Shown: positions 1-11,706, numbered from the stretch's first letter. The stretch is 64,000 nt of DNA from an uncultured Verrucomicrobiae bacterium (GCA_963828525.1 CAWHEP010000008.1:384001-448000), one strand, 5' to 3'. The notes: a model not told the origin generated them from the letters alone. A program made the numbers and translations.

Positions 1-1
1 G

Positions 2-151
2 GTTGTTCAGGCGTATCTTGTCAGTATGGATGGAGCCATCACTCCCTGCATCTACAGCCTCGTGAACGAAGGCGAAGGCTGGAAGATCGATGGAGCGCGC
101 CTGCTCCGGCGCATTCCCAAAGGAGAACGGCCCGGCGCCACCCGGGTGTGA
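2..151 (+). CDS. C-terminal fragment of a small protein, DUF4864-like (partial at window start)
   Basis: Manual translation of frame 2: VVQAYLVSMDGAITPCIYSLVNEGEGWKIDGARLL...*; the Y-x-L...G-W-K-I-D-G pattern resembles DUF4864/NTF2-like C-termini. Confidence 0.45.
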   Translation, partial: VVQAYLVSMDGAITPCIYSLVNEGEGWKIDGARLLRRIPKGERPGATRV

Positions 152-157
152 CCGCTT

Positions 158-1457
158 CTACTCTGGAATCGATTCTCCCCGGATGAGGTCTTCGAAAGAC
201 TGCCGGGCTCGAATGACATCGGCCTTCGCGCCGCGCACCAGCACCTCGGGAGGGAAAGGCCGGGAATTGTAGTTGGAAGCCATCGAAAAACCATACGCGC
301 CGGCGCTCATGAGCGCGACAATATCCCCTTCCGCCAGCACTGGAACTTCCCTGTCCTTGGCGAAGAAATCGCCGCTTTCGCAGATCGGGCCCTACCACAT
401 CCACCTTCTCAGTCGCGGCCGAGTCAGGCTCGACAAGCGGGACAACCTCATGGAAGCCTTCGTAGAGAGCAGGACGGATGAGGTCGTTCATGCCGGAGTC
501 AACGATCACGAATTTTTTACTGGCTGTTGGCTTGATGTACAAGACCCGGGTGAGCAAGACGCCCGCATTCCCCACCATGAAGCGCCCCGGCTCGAAAAGA
601 ATTCGCACTCCGAGCCCCGTTAGCAGCGGCGCGATCGCCGCGGCGTAGGCCTCGATTGTGAGCGCCTTTCCAGCGCCTGTTGCCTCTTCGCGCCACCAGC
701 CGCTGTCGCCGCTCGCCAGCGAGGGATCATAGACAATCCCAATGCCTCCTCCCACGCTGAAGAATTCAATCCCAAACCTGCGACGTAATTCCCCCACAAG
801 GGGCAGCATTTTCGAAATCGCCTCCGCGAATGGTTTCGGGCTGGTGATCTGGGACCCGATGTGAACCTGCACACCCCGGATGCAAATGTTCGCCATCTGC
901 GCGGCTGTTTCATAGACCTCCAGCGCCCGCTCGATTCCGATGCCGAACTTGTTCTCGCTCTTGCCTGTCGAGATGTATTTATGCGTGCCCGCCGAAACAT
1001 CCGGATTCACGCGAAGGGCGACGGGCGCGCGACGCCCCAGTGATCGCGCGATGCCATCGATGCGGCGCAGCTCACTTTCCGACTCGACATTGAAACTCAA
1101 AATCTCGTGCCGCAAAGCGAAGCGGATTTCGTCGTCGGTCTTCCCGACGCCTGCGAAGGTGCAGGACTCTGTCTTCCCGCCCGCTTTCTTGACCCGCGAA
1201 AGTTCTCCCCCCGATACGATGTCGAATCCCGCGTTCTCCCGGGCGAGAAGGTTTAATATGGCAATGTTGGAGTTTGCCTTCACCGCGTAGCAGATAAGAT
1301 GATCCACCTCGGAGAACGCCGCATGGAGGCGGCGGTAGTGATCAAGGATGGTCGCGGCGCTGTAAACGTAAACGGGTGTTCCCGCTTCCCTGGCAACCAC
1401 TTCCAAGTTTACGTCTTCACAAAACAGCCGGTTTTTTTTATATCGAAAGGAATGCAC
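158..1457 (-). CDS. lysA: Diaminopimelate decarboxylase (one frameshift near 390, probably a sequencing error)
   Basis: YAVKAN PLP-lysine motif, HIGSQ, EPGR and VVGP; the C-terminal [15 protein letters not shown] lies in a second frame (ORF 158..340); GTG start at 1457. Confidence 0.95.
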
Positions 1458-1619
1458 GGTGCCTGTTTTGAAACCGGGCGCTGCTCCGCGCAAGGAATTT
1501 CTCAACGCTCTCCGACGGCGACAAATCTCCAAAAATGCTTTCCAACGCGCGGGCTGTCATATACCCGTTCTCATGTACGAGCGGCTGTTGTGTTAGATTG
1601 GAGCAGCCAGGAACACTGA

Positions 1620-1966
<347 letters not shown>

Positions 1967-1987
1967 AGCCAGAACCCCGCAGTTCTG

Positions 1988-3124
1988 TCAGGCCTCCACC
2001 AGGAGGCGGCCGGGGTCTTCGATGCATTCTTTTACCCGGATCAGAAAGGTCACGGCCTCCTTGCCGTCAACGACCCGATGGTCGTAGCTCAGAGCAAGGT
2101 ACATCATTGGCCGAATCACCACCTGCCCATTCAGCGCTATGGGGCGTTGCTGGATTTTATGCATGCCGAGGATTCCGCTCTGCGGCGGATTCAGGATGGG
2201 AGTGCTCAGCAGAGATCCGTAAACGCCTCCGTTTGAGATGGTGAATACTCCCCCTTGCAGATCTTCGAGCTTTATCCTGCCTTCCCGAGCTTTGACCGCG
2301 TATTCGACCAGTTCCTTTTCAATGGTCACAAAGCTCTTCTGATCCGCGTCGCGGATCACGGGAACAATCAATCCACGCTCCGTTCCCACGGCGACTCCTA
2401 TGTCATAGTAGTTGTTCTGAATAAAGTCCTCGCCATCCATGAGACCGTTGACGCTGGGCACTGCCTTCAACGCGGAAACGGCGGCCTTAATGAAAAAGGA
2501 CATGAATCCCAGCTTCACGCCGTGCTGCTTCTGAAAACTTTCCTGGATCCGAGAGCGCAAATCACTGACGCCGGTCATGTCGCACTCGTTGAACGTGGTT
2601 AGGATCGCGGCGTTGTGCTGCGCCATCACAAGCTGCGTCGCGATCTTACGCCGCAATGGCGACAGCTTTTTGCGGACCGTCCGGGCGTCGGCGGATCGCT
2701 GAATCGCGAGAGGTTCCACCGCCTGCTGGCGAGGAACCGTCAAAATCTTTGGCAGAGCAGGCGCCGGAGTTGCAGGTTGGACGCCTGGCGCTATCGGCGC
2801 GCTCGCCGGAGGCGCGGCCTCAGGGGTTTTGTTCGGGGGGGCCGTTTCGGGGCTATCCGCTTTTCTGCTCTCCATCGGCGCGACACTCGCCGTTTCTTCA
2901 ATCGATGCGACTACTTCACCGATCTTCACCTCACGCCCCTCTTCAACGATGATCTTTAGCGTTCCAGCGCCTTCGGCGGCGATCTCAGAAGCGACCTTGT
3001 CCGTCTCCAACGTCAGCAATAAGTCACCAACCGCGACGCTTTCGCCATCCTGCTTGTGCCAGACAGAAATTGTCCCGCTTGTAATAGACTCCCCGACCGC
3101 GGGAATTTTTACTTCAAGGCTCAT
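1988..3124 (-). CDS. sucB: 2-oxoglutarate dehydrogenase E2, dihydrolipoyl succinyltransferase
   Basis: Lipoyl domain ETDKV, catalytic [10 protein letters not shown] and STPILNPPQ; directly downstream of sucA. Confidence 0.95.
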   Translation of the reverse strand: MSLEVKIPAVGESITSGTISVWHKQDGESVAVGDLLLTLETDKVASEIAAEGAGTLKIIVEEGREVKIGEVVASIEETASVAPMESRKADSPETAPPNKTPEAAPPASAPIAPGVQPATPAPALPKILTVPRQQAVEPLAIQRSADARTVRKKLSPLRRKIATQLVMAQHNAAILTTFNECDMTGVSDLRSRIQESFQKQHGVKLGFMSFFIKAAVSALKAVPSVNGLMDGEDFIQNNYYDIGVAVGTERGLIVPVIRDADQKSFVTIEKELVEYAVKAREGRIKLEDLQGGVFTISNGGVYGSLLSTPILNPPQSGILGMHKIQQRPIALNGQVVIRPMMYLALSYDHRVVDGKEAVTFLIRVKECIEDPGRLLVEA

Positions 3125-3182
3125 CTCAATGATGGGAACAGAGCGAGTGGAGTGATTCCAGAATAAATGTCCAAAAAATGTG

Positions 3183-5948
3183 TCAGTTCTGAGCGGCAGG
3201 CTGCGTTGCTCCGCCCGAATCGAGATTCAGGTTAAACGCGTCCTCGATGATGAGCGTTTGCTCCCGCTTATGCAGGGCGAGCGAGCCGACAGCGGGGCTC
3301 GAACTCGCATTGCGGCCCGCATAAATGATTACTGGAGCCAGCAGTCTATTCAAAGAAGGCACGATCGAAGTCCAGGCGCCCATGTTCTGCGACTCCTCCT
3401 GGCACCAGACGAATTTCTTCACATTTGGGTAGACGCGCCACGGCCCCTGCCAGCGCCTTCTCGTTTAGCGGATAAAGTTGCTCCACGCGGATAATCGCGG
3501 CGGACGTGATGTTGTTCGCGGACCGGAACTTCTCCAGATCGTAGTACACCTTGCCGGAGCAGAGAATGACACGATCCACGGCATCGGGGCTTGCAACCGA
3601 AGTATCCTGCAAGACATCCTTGAACGTGCCGCTTGTAAAGTCGCGCGGCGCTTGAGACCGCATACTCCGCCCGCAACAGGCTTTTCGGGGCCATCGTAAT
3701 CAAAGGCTTGCGGAACTTCCGCTTCATCTGTCTGCGGAGGAGGTGGAAATACTGCGCGGGGGTCGTGGGATTGCAGACCTGGATGTTATTCTCCGCGCAC
3801 AATTGCAAAAAACGCTCGATCCGGCCACTGGAATGTTCCGGGCCTTGTCCCTCATATCCATGCGGCAGAAGTAGAACGATGCCGCTCGGGTCGCTGCCAT
3901 TTTGATTCGGCGGATACAATAAACTGGTCGATGATGACCTGAGCGCCATTGGCGAAGTCTCCAAACTGCGCCTCCCAGACGCACAGCATCTCCGGAAATC
4001 CAATCGAGTAGCCGTAGTCAAATCCCAATACAGCCGCTTCGGAAAGCAGGCTGTTGTAGACACAGAATCGCGCCTGGTCTGGAGAAAGATTCTGGAGCGG
4101 GATATACCGCTCCTGCGTCTCGGCGTCGAACAGCGCGGAGTGCCTGTGACTGAAAGTGCCACGGCTGCTGTCCTGCCCCGACAGACGTACCGGCGTCCCC
4201 TCAAGAAGCAAAGCTCCGAACGCGAGCGCCTCGGCAAATCCCCAATCGAAAGGCCCTCCCTCCCGGAAGATTTGCATCCTCCTGTCGATCATCATTTTCT
4301 TTACCTTCGGCAGCACATTGAAGTTGCTCGGGATCGTCGTGAGCCGGGTAACGATTTTCTCCATCAACTCGGGAGTAATCTCCGTGGCTACTTCGGCGTG
4401 TGAATAGGGCGGCTGGAATACGGCATTGGATCCACTGAAGCGCGTCTTCTTGCTTGTGGAAGCGTCGGATTCCGCCCTTTTTACTTCGGCGAGCGCTGTT
4501 TCCATTCTTGACTTCGAATTCTTTTTCGAGGCTTTGCGCATCCTCGTCAGTCAGAACACCGGAGGCGACAAGGCTCGCGCGGAAGAGTGTCGCTACGGAA
4601 GGATGTGTTTTTATTTCCGTGTACAAGCGAAGGCTGTGTGAAGATCGGTTCATCACCTTCGTTATGCCCATGCCGTCGATAGCAATAGAGATCAATCGAG
4701 CACATCGCGCCGGAATTCCTGCCTGAACTCGAAAGCGAGGCGCGTCGCAAAAAACACCGCCAACGGGTCATCGCCATTAACGTGGAAGATCGGCGCTTCA
4801 ATCATCTTCGCGACATCCGTCGCATAGTTCGAAGAACGCGCGTCAGCGGGAAGAGTCGTGAACCCGATTTGATTATTTACGATCACATGGATCGTGCCGC
4901 CGGTGCGATAGCCCTTTAGCTGCGAAAGGTTCAGCACCTCCGCCACAATCCCCTGGCCGGCGAAGGCCGCGTCTCCGTGGAGCAGGAGCGGCATCACTTT
5001 CTTGCGTTCCACCGAATCGTTCCGCACGCGCTGACGCGCTCGCGCCATCCCCTCCACCACCGGATCGACCGCTTCCAGATGACTCGGATTGGATGTGAGC
5101 CTTATCTCAACCATCTCCCCGCTCTCTGTAGCGCGCGTGCTGACATAGCCCAGGTGATACTTCACGTCTCCATCTCCGCCGACCAGTTCCGGGATGAAGT
5201 TCTCGGAGAACTCGGCAAAGATCACTTCGAGCGATTTATCAAGGAAGTTGGCGAGCACATTTAAGCGACCCCGGTGAGCCATTCCCATGTCGAGTTCCTC
5301 CACGCCCAACCGCGGGCAGTCCTGGAAGATGGTATCCAGAACAACCATGAGAGATTCCGCGCCTTCAAGGCCGAACCGCTTTTGTCCCACATACTTTATG
5401 TGAAGAAAGTGTTCAAAGCTTTCGGCCTTCATCAACTCACGCAGCATGCGTCGCTGAACCCGGGGTTCTACAGCACTGCGGGCTTCAAACCGTTCCACCA
5501 GCCATGAGCGGGCGCGGTCATCCTGAATGTGCCTGAACTCAAACCCGATGGTCCCGGTGTAGAACTCCTTCAAGAGACTTATCATCTCACGCAACTTCAT
5601 TTTGCGACCGCCTTGGAAGAACTTCGAGCAAACCGTCTTCTCCAAGTCACCCTCCTTGAAACCGAAATGTTCGGGATCCAGGAGTGGCTGCTGAAGCGTG
5701 ACCTTGGCCAACGGGTCGAGATGCGCGACGGTATGGCCCAGCTTCCGGTACGCATAGACAATCGCGTCTACCTCGGACTGGAAATGATCGGCGCTTTCCG
5801 GCGCGCTGCCCGCCTGCACCGCTCCAAGTTCGAAACCCTCGAAAAAAGCGGACCATGTGGCGTCAACCGACGCGGGATCACTACGCCACCTAGCGTAGTT
5901 CTCGTCCAATAGGCCGGCGTTCGTGCTGAAAGCGAGAGGCGTTCTCAT
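3183..5948 (-). CDS. sucA: 2-oxoglutarate dehydrogenase E1 (about 6 frameshifts, probably sequencing errors)
   Basis: Consecutive frame segments carry [75 protein letters not shown] and [10 protein letters not shown]. Confidence 0.95.
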
Positions 5949-6212
5949 ATCAATGAACCTGAAGCATGCGAGCGGGAGGGAACGGACTTGGTCTGAACAA
6001 AGGACCGTGGCTTCTCTTTACCACTGTGCTCTTTGGAAGACCTAAAAAAATGCCGGACGCAGCGCGCCGGTCAAAGACCGTCATTGACCGAAGTTTAATG
6101 GTTTTTCCCCGCCATTCAAGCGGTGTCGCTGGCGGCCCGATGGGCGGGGCAGAAATGCGCTGCCGCTGCTTTAGCCTTTTTTTTCCAGACCGCTATAGGC
6201 AGGTTGCTCAAC

Positions 6213-7184
6213 ATGAAGCTTGTGGCACCCGCGAAAATCAATCTCTCCCTGGCGATATTGGGAAGGCGCGATGACGGGTTCCACCAGATCCGGACGTTGA
6301 TCGTCCCCATCTCGCTCAGCGACACAATCGAGATGGAACTCACAGACAGCCCCGGAATCCGATTTACCTGCGACGCGCCGGATCTTCCGACGGACAGCAC
6401 AAATCTTGTCGTCCGGGCGGCCATGCTTTTCTGCGAACGCGCGAGCCGCTCCGCCGGCATATCCATCCACCTGGAAAAACGGATACCGCACGGCGCCGGA
6501 TTGGGAGGGGGGAGCAGTGATGCCGCGACCGTTCTCCTCGGGCTGAACACCCTGCTCGATACCGGTTTCGCGGACGCGGAACTGGCAGGCATGGCGGCGG
6601 AGATCGGTTCGGATGTTCCTTTTTTCATCTACCGCTCAGCGGCGTTCTGTGAGGGACGCGGGGAACGCGTCCACCCTCAGGTCATTGCCCGGCGACTGCG
6701 CCTGCTGTTGCTTAAACCACCATTTGGCGTCCCTACTCCGTGGGCATATTCCCGTTGGCGGGACTCCAGGGAAATCGCCGGCGTTCCCTATTCTCCGCAA
6801 CCAGCGGGATCCCTCTCGCTCTTTAATGATCTCGAACGTCCTGTTTACGAGAAGTATCCATTCCTCGCGCTTCTGAAGCAGTGGTTGATGGGACAACCGG
6901 AATGCGAGGCCGCGTTAATGTCGGGTTCCGGCTCAACCATGTTCGCCGTCCTTGGAGAGAACGCCGATTCCGCTGATCTCTCCGCGCGGGCTACTCTCGA
7001 ATTTGGACCGACGCTATGGCAATGCGCGTGCGAATCGGCTTCCGACCTCCGCCAGGTTAATTCCGGCACGACGCCACAAATCCGGGATGCGCCGCAATCA
7101 GCTTCATTGCGCGCTCTACCAGGGTTCTTCCGGGTTCCATCCGATGCCACGGTGAAGCCCCGGAGGGATGAGGCAGGGGGATAA
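6213..7184 (+). CDS. ispE: 4-diphosphocytidyl-2-C-methyl-D-erythritol kinase (3' end uncertain)
   Basis: APAKINLSL, GAGLGGGSSDAA, IGSDVPFF and MSGSGST. Confidence 0.93.
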   Translation: MKLVAPAKINLSLAILGRRDDGFHQIRTLIVPISLSDTIEMELTDSPGIRFTCDAPDLPTDSTNLVVRAAMLFCERASRSAGISIHLEKRIPHGAGLGGGSSDAATVLLGLNTLLDTGFADAELAGMAAEIGSDVPFFIYRSAAFCEGRGERVHPQVIARRLRLLLLKPPFGVPTPWAYSRWRDSREIAGVPYSPQPAGSLSLFNDLERPVYEKYPFLALLKQWLMGQPECEAALMSGSGSTMFAVLGENADSADLSARATLEFGPTLWQCACESASDLRQVNSGTTPQIRDAPQSASLRALPGFFRVPSDATVKPRRDEAGG

Positions 7185-7677
7185 CGTCAAAGTCTCTCCC
7201 GCAGAGATTGACAGGGATAATCTGCCCGACCACATCGACAATCCTGGTAAATTCCACAAAGCGACTCATCGCCAGCCTGCCCACGGGTATGACAAGCGAC
7301 GGCTGCAATATCTCAATCTCAGCCTGAAGCCAGAGGGAGCAGTTCCCGACTTCTTCCGGGCTGGGAACACGATCCCCGCCCGCGGCAGTCTTCCCAGGGA
7401 AACAGCGGCACACCGCGGCCATATAGACCGAAGAACGAAATCGGTCTTCATCAATCCCGCAGAACCGCTGGAACCAGCCAAACAGAGTCTTCCCCGCTGT
7501 CCAGGCGAAAGGGCGGCCAGCGATCGGCTCCCTGCTACCCGGCGCTTGTCCAACGAGCAATACTTTGCTCACTACCGCGCCTCCCGATACAACAGGTTTG
7601 AGCATCCGGGGACATGAGTCGCAGGCGCGCAACCTCGTCACATGGCTTGCAAGGCGGTCTTGAGTGGTAACGCGCAC
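7057..7677 (-). CDS. Uracil-DNA glycosylase superfamily protein (family 4/5-like, Cys-rich)
   Basis: CxxC near the N-terminus, GQAPG, CRCFPG and PLPHPSG motifs. Confidence 0.8.
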   Translation of the reverse strand: MRVTTQDRLASHVTRLRACDSCPRMLKPVVSGGAVVSKVLLVGQAPGSREPIAGRPFAWTAGKTLFGWFQRFCGIDEDRFRSSVYMAAVCRCFPGKTAAGGDRVPSPEEVGNCSLWLQAEIEILQPSLVIPVGRLAMSRFVEFTRIVDVVGQIIPVNLCGRDFDVIPLPHPSGASPWHRMEPGRTLVERAMKLIAAHPGFVASCRN

Positions 7678-7686
7678 CGCTTGAGC

Positions 7687-8633
7687 TTAGCCGAGTAGAG
7701 TTCCCGCTTCCAAAGGGTGTCCCAGCAGAAAATTGCCGGCGGACATCCTCTTCTTCCCCTCCAACTGCACTTGCCGGAGCAACACAGATCCTTGCCCCGC
7801 CCCCACCAGGATCCCCTTGCAGCCAGTCTCCAGAACTCTGCCGGGATCACCCGATGTCCGGTTGATTCGAATAGCTCCAAAGAGTTTTAGCATTCTGGGG
7901 TTGCCTGTCCTGTCGTTGAACAGCGTATGCGCTCCGGGCCACGGAGTCATGGCGCGGATCATCCTCTCTACGACACCTGAGGGAGCCGTCCAGTCCACAC
8001 GGCCGCTCTGTCGGGTAAGCTTTGCCGCGTATGTGGCAAGGGCCGAATCCTGCGTCCGACGCGCCGCTTTTCCTTCACACAGCAGGATAAGCGCGGACTC
8101 CACTGCTTCTGGAGCAAGCCGGGCGAGCCGGTCGTGCAATGAACCTGCCGTTTCGCGACGCCGGATTGGGATCTTGTGCTGAGATAATATGTCGCCGGTA
8201 TCCAGCCCCTCATCCATATACATCACCGTAATGCCAGTACCAACGGTCGCCTGCGGCGATGGCCGCCTGGATCGGCGCGGCGCCGCGGTGACGCGGGAGC
8301 AGGGATGCATGCAAGTTGAGGCACGCAGTCGGGGGCATGCGGAGCAAATCGCCCGGTAGAATTTGGCCATAGGCCATCACCACGATGACGTCGAGGCCGC
8401 ATGCCGCGAATCAGTTCGACCGCAGACAAATCCCGTATCCGGTTCGGCTGAAAAACGGGCAAGCCAAACTTTATAGCCGCTTCCTTGATTGGCGAAGCAA
8501 GAAGAGCCTGTGACCGGCCAGCCGGCTTGTCGGGTTGCGTCACGACTCCGACTACATGATGAGCAGGGGAAGCACTGAGACCGCTCAGCACAGGCAGACC
8601 AATGTCCCCGGTGCCGATATAGACAATCCGCAT
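7687..8633 (-). CDS. fmt: Methionyl-tRNA formyltransferase (two frameshifts near 8395 and 8240)
   Basis: [19 protein letters not shown], out-of-frame [31 protein letters not shown] and VQLEGKKRM. Confidence 0.93.
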
Positions 8634-8700
8634 CCCGGGCTTTTAGGGAAGGACAAGGCCAGCGCGGGCGCTGCTCTGGCGGCGCGCGACATGGCTTGCC

Positions 8701-8886
8701 CTAATACTTCTCGCCGGCTGTCACTTCTTTTTGCCCAAGCGAGGACGCGCAGCCTGTGCAAAGATAATCATAGATTTCTTTGCTCGGCAAAATCAGGAGG
8801 AGCCGTTCACGAACAGGCATAGCCGCCTTGCACTTATTGCAATACAAGGAGGATGCCCGAAGATTTTCAAATTGTCGCGCGCTCAT
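8701..8886 (-). CDS. Small zinc-ribbon protein (CNKC...CTGC); the C-terminus may extend past a frameshift
   Basis: MSARQFENLRASSLYCNKCKAAMPVRERLLLILPSKEIYDYLCTGCASSLG; its start overlaps the stop of the upstream glycosyltransferase. Confidence 0.65.
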   Translation of the reverse strand: MSARQFENLRASSLYCNKCKAAMPVRERLLLILPSKEIYDYLCTGCASSLGQKEVTAGEKY

Positions 8887-9887
8887 GGCGAATTGGCATT
8901 GTAGAGTAAAATGGTGGAAAACAAAGTCCGAATATCTCCATACGGGCTCCCGATTTCCATACCCGCGACTTCCGCGAGAACGGAATCTACGAGTAATCTT
9001 GGGAGGTCGCCCCCCGGCGCCCGAACAACCCGAACGGATGCGGAGAGCGGAGCCCATATTTCAGGATCAGTAGGGCCAAATAGAAGAACGCAAGGGGCTT
9101 GAACGCCCGCCGCGATGTGTGAAACTCCGCTGTCGTGTCCGATAAAGAGAGCGCATCTCTCGATTACCGCCGCGAGGCGGGGCAGCGGCAGATCCTTCAG
9201 GGACATCGGAGGGTGTCTCGCTAAGGCAGCCTCGATCGTCGCGAGACGCGCGTGATCCGCTTCACCGCCGAGCAACAGCAGACGCAGGTGAGGCCATTCG
9301 TCCGCCATGCGCGCGCACAGCGAAATCCAGTTCTCGACAGACCAGTTTTTTCGCTCGCCACCGCTTCCCGGGTGGATCGCGACAAATGGATCATAACCTT
9401 CCAGAGCAGTCTGGGCGAAGGCGCGATCCTCGCTGTTCGGATAGAGCCTTGCCACAGCGTCGTCGAGGTAAAGCGCGAGCGCCTGTAACGGCCTGGCAAG
9501 CTGATAGCAAGCATGCTCTGAATCATCCATTATCGGCGATCCAGTGATCAGGTTCTCCACTCCGCGCGCGCGCAGGTTTTTCTCGAAAATAGCGTCTGGA
9601 TCGTAGAGGTAACTGACGATCTGCTGGAAGCTCGCGAAATACTCCGCAAGCTCCCCGTCCAAATCGCCTCCAGGCACAAAGAAACCCGCAAGAGGGCCGT
9701 ATTCAATGGATCGGGACGCGTCCGCGTAATAGCGTCTGGTCGGCAAGGGCGACGATATGCTGGTAGCCCAGAATCTCCATATGCGCCTGGGGAAACTCTC
9801 CCTGAGCAACCTAATCGCAGGCAGGGTCAGAACAAAATCGCCTATAGCGCCGCCGCGGATGATGAGAATGCGGGGCACTCTCCCCAT
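8883..9887 (-). CDS. Glycosyltransferase family 9 (heptosyltransferase-like)
   Basis: IRGGAIGDFVLTLP, HPGSG, GHDSGVSHIAA and LFGPT; contains a compensating frameshift pair near 9790 and 9740. Confidence 0.88.
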   Translation of the reverse strand: MGRVPRILIIRGGAIGDFVLTLPAIRLLRESFPRRIWRFWATSISSPLPTRRYYADASRSIEYGPLAGFFVPGGDLDGELAEYFASFQQIVSYLYDPDAIFEKNLRARGVENLITGSPIMDDSEHACYQLARPLQALALYLDDAVARLYPNSEDRAFAQTALEGYDPFVAIHPGSGGERKNWSVENWISLCARMADEWPHLRLLLLGGEADHARLATIEAALARHPPMSLKDLPLPRLAAVIERCALFIGHDSGVSHIAAGVQAPCVLLFGPTDPEIWAPLSASVRVVRAPGGDLPRLLVDSVLAEVAGMEIGSPYGDIRTLFSTILLYNANSP

Positions 9888-9908
9888 GAGACTATCCGAA
9901 AATCGAGA

Positions 9909-10112
9909 TCACCTTGGCGCAAGGGCGCGACTAACAGAGGTAGGCGACCCGGGATTGCTATTTATGCCGGGAAAGGCGCTCCCGCTCTCCCAAGACTGCG
10001 GCCTATTCCAAGGCAATGGGCTTACGCGTTCCTGTCCATCAGCGGATTTCTGCTCGTCCGCGCAGGCGCCCGCCATGAGCGCGGCGCAAAGCAAAGACAA
10101 CATGCCTAACAT
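9909..10112 (-). CDS. Small putative lipoprotein with a PWNRPQSWE motif (fused to the upstream gene in the ORF track by a frameshift)
   Basis: Hydrophobic signal ending MAGAC, then SPLPWNRPQSWE; start position uncertain (10112 or 10135). Confidence 0.55.
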   Translation of the reverse strand: MLGMLSLLCAALMAGACADEQKSADGQERVSPLPWNRPQSWESGSAFPGINSNPGSPTSVSRALAPR

Positions 10113-10135
10113 CGCAGAAGACGCGAGGTCATCAT

Positions 10136-10925
10136 TCAGCGACTCTCTGGCCCGCCATATATGACGCGATCGCCCGGCATGATGCCGCGCCCCCTTTGAT
10201 GCCGCGGAAGGAACGACATCCGCGACTGAAGTGGTGGGTTCGACAGAGGTTACTTTCAGCTTGGCGATCATCGAGGATCCCCGTTTCACCAACAGACTGG
10301 CATTCATCGCGACACCCTGCCGGTCGCCAATGGAGACAATCACGAAATTCCAGGTGGGCTGCACGGCAAGAACCTGGCCTTCCAACTGACGGGCGTTCGC
10401 CTGCATCGAATTTTTCTGAGCGGCCGCGACCATCTTGTCCATGCGGCGCTGCATATCGGCGTTCTGCTCTGTCAGCTTCTTGTTGATCTGTTCATCTTCC
10501 TGCTCTTTCTTCGTGAGTTCATCCATCTTCGCCATGTCGACAGCAGGCGCGGTCGCCGTCGTGCCCGTGCCGCTTGTAGTGGCCATCGAGGCGATCTTTT
10601 CGTTCAAGGCTTTGATCTGGGCGTCACTGTCATCCGCCTTTTTCTGGAGATCGGCTTTCTCGGCGTTTGCCTTGTCAGCAGCAGCCTGGGCATCTTTCGC
10701 AGCGCTTTCGGTTGCAGTTTCTTTTTCGGTAAGCGAAGCCACTTGGGTCTGCGCATCCTTTAACTCTTTTTGGGTCTTCGCGACTTGTCCACCGGCCATG
10801 GCGATCTGCGCCTCATCCTGCTTCGCCTTCGTCGCAGCGTCACTTATTTTGGTTTTCGTCAGGAAGCCGAGGACGGCGGAGCCGAGCATGCATACAATCG
10901 CGAGGCCGAGGAGGATTTTAGCCAT
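10136..10925 (-). CDS. Membrane-anchored coiled-coil protein with a C-terminal beta domain (frameshift near 10185)
   Basis: N-terminal TM helix, Ala/Lys/Gln heptads, then GQVLAVQPTWNFVIVSIGDRQGV; removing one base gives the ending IMPGDRVIYGGPESR*. Confidence 0.7.
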
Positions 10926-11095
10926 TTTTATAGGAATCTACTTTTAATACTTTCTGAGGGGAGCGGCACCGTGGTGTCGGCTGACGCGGTCTTACAGGGT
11001 TTTTCTTTTATCGTGAGCTGGCAACTGATTGCAAGCGCATTTGTCTCTTTTTAAAATAAGTTGTTCAATCCGCTTTTTCAAGCATACTCACGACT

Positions 11096-11189
11096 CCGCC
11101 AGGGGCTATGGACTGCGGGCGGGCAAACCCCGCCAGGGCAGGAATGCAGCAACGGTAGCTCGACTCTCTTTGCCGTAGTTCTCTGGCGG
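11096..11189 (+). ncRNA. ffs: Signal recognition particle RNA (bacterial small 4.5S SRP RNA)
   Basis: Ends pair (CCGCCAGGGG...CTCTGGCGG); helix-8 signature CAGG-GCA-GGAA-TGC-AGCA with GGAA tetraloop; followed by a T-rich tract; upstream of secG. Confidence 0.88.
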
Positions 11190-11277
11190 CTTTCCTTTTT
11201 GAGCCGCTTCGCCGGGAGCAGGTTCGATCACCTGCCCCTTTACATCCGTCATCGTTTGCGCCATATTTCGCGCCCTC

Positions 11278-11706
11278 ATGTTGACCGCCACCATCTATAC
11301 CCTCCTTGGATTCCACGTGCTTGTTTGTCTTCTCATGGCGCTTGTGGTTCTCATGCAGCGACCCAAAAACGAAGGACTGGGCGCCGCGTTTGGCGGGGGC
11401 ATGACGGAGAACCTGTTCGGAGCGCAGACTACCAGTGTGCTGGCGAACTTCACGCGCTGGCTGGGCGGTGTGTTCTTCCTCCTCACCCTTACGTTGTCCG
11501 TTCTCTACGCGAAGCAATCCACAACCACCAAGAGCGCCATCCAGCAAAGGCTGATGCTGACGCCAAAGCCGCCTGCAGTAGTGTCGCTTCCTTCCCCGAT
11601 GCCAGCCGCCCCGGCCATGAGCCCAGCAACGCCAGCTCTCCGGAGTTCGGTTCCACTCGCGCCTGCCATCAAGCCAGACGCAATGCCAACCCCGGGCGCA
11701 AAGTAG
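11278..11706 (+). CDS. secG: Preprotein translocase subunit SecG
   Basis: VLMQRPKNEGLGAAFGGG, two TM helices, Pro-rich tail. Confidence 0.92.
   Translation: MLTATIYTLLGFHVLVCLLMALVVLMQRPKNEGLGAAFGGGMTENLFGAQTTSVLANFTRWLGGVFFLLTLTLSVLYAKQSTTTKSAIQQRLMLTPKPPAVVSLPSPMPAAPAMSPATPALRSSVPLAPAIKPDAMPTPGAK

Noticed and set aside
7057..7184. 128-bp convergent overlap of ispE and the UDG-like gene as functional overprinting
   Set aside because: The ispE tail beyond the kinase domain looks non-conserved and is most simply a lost stop codon or indel in an error-rich region.
11218..11235. T-arm-like hairpin GCAGG-TTCGATCA-CCTGC after ffs as a tRNA
   Set aside because: The loop is 8 nt, and no D-arm, anticodon arm or acceptor stem could be built around it.
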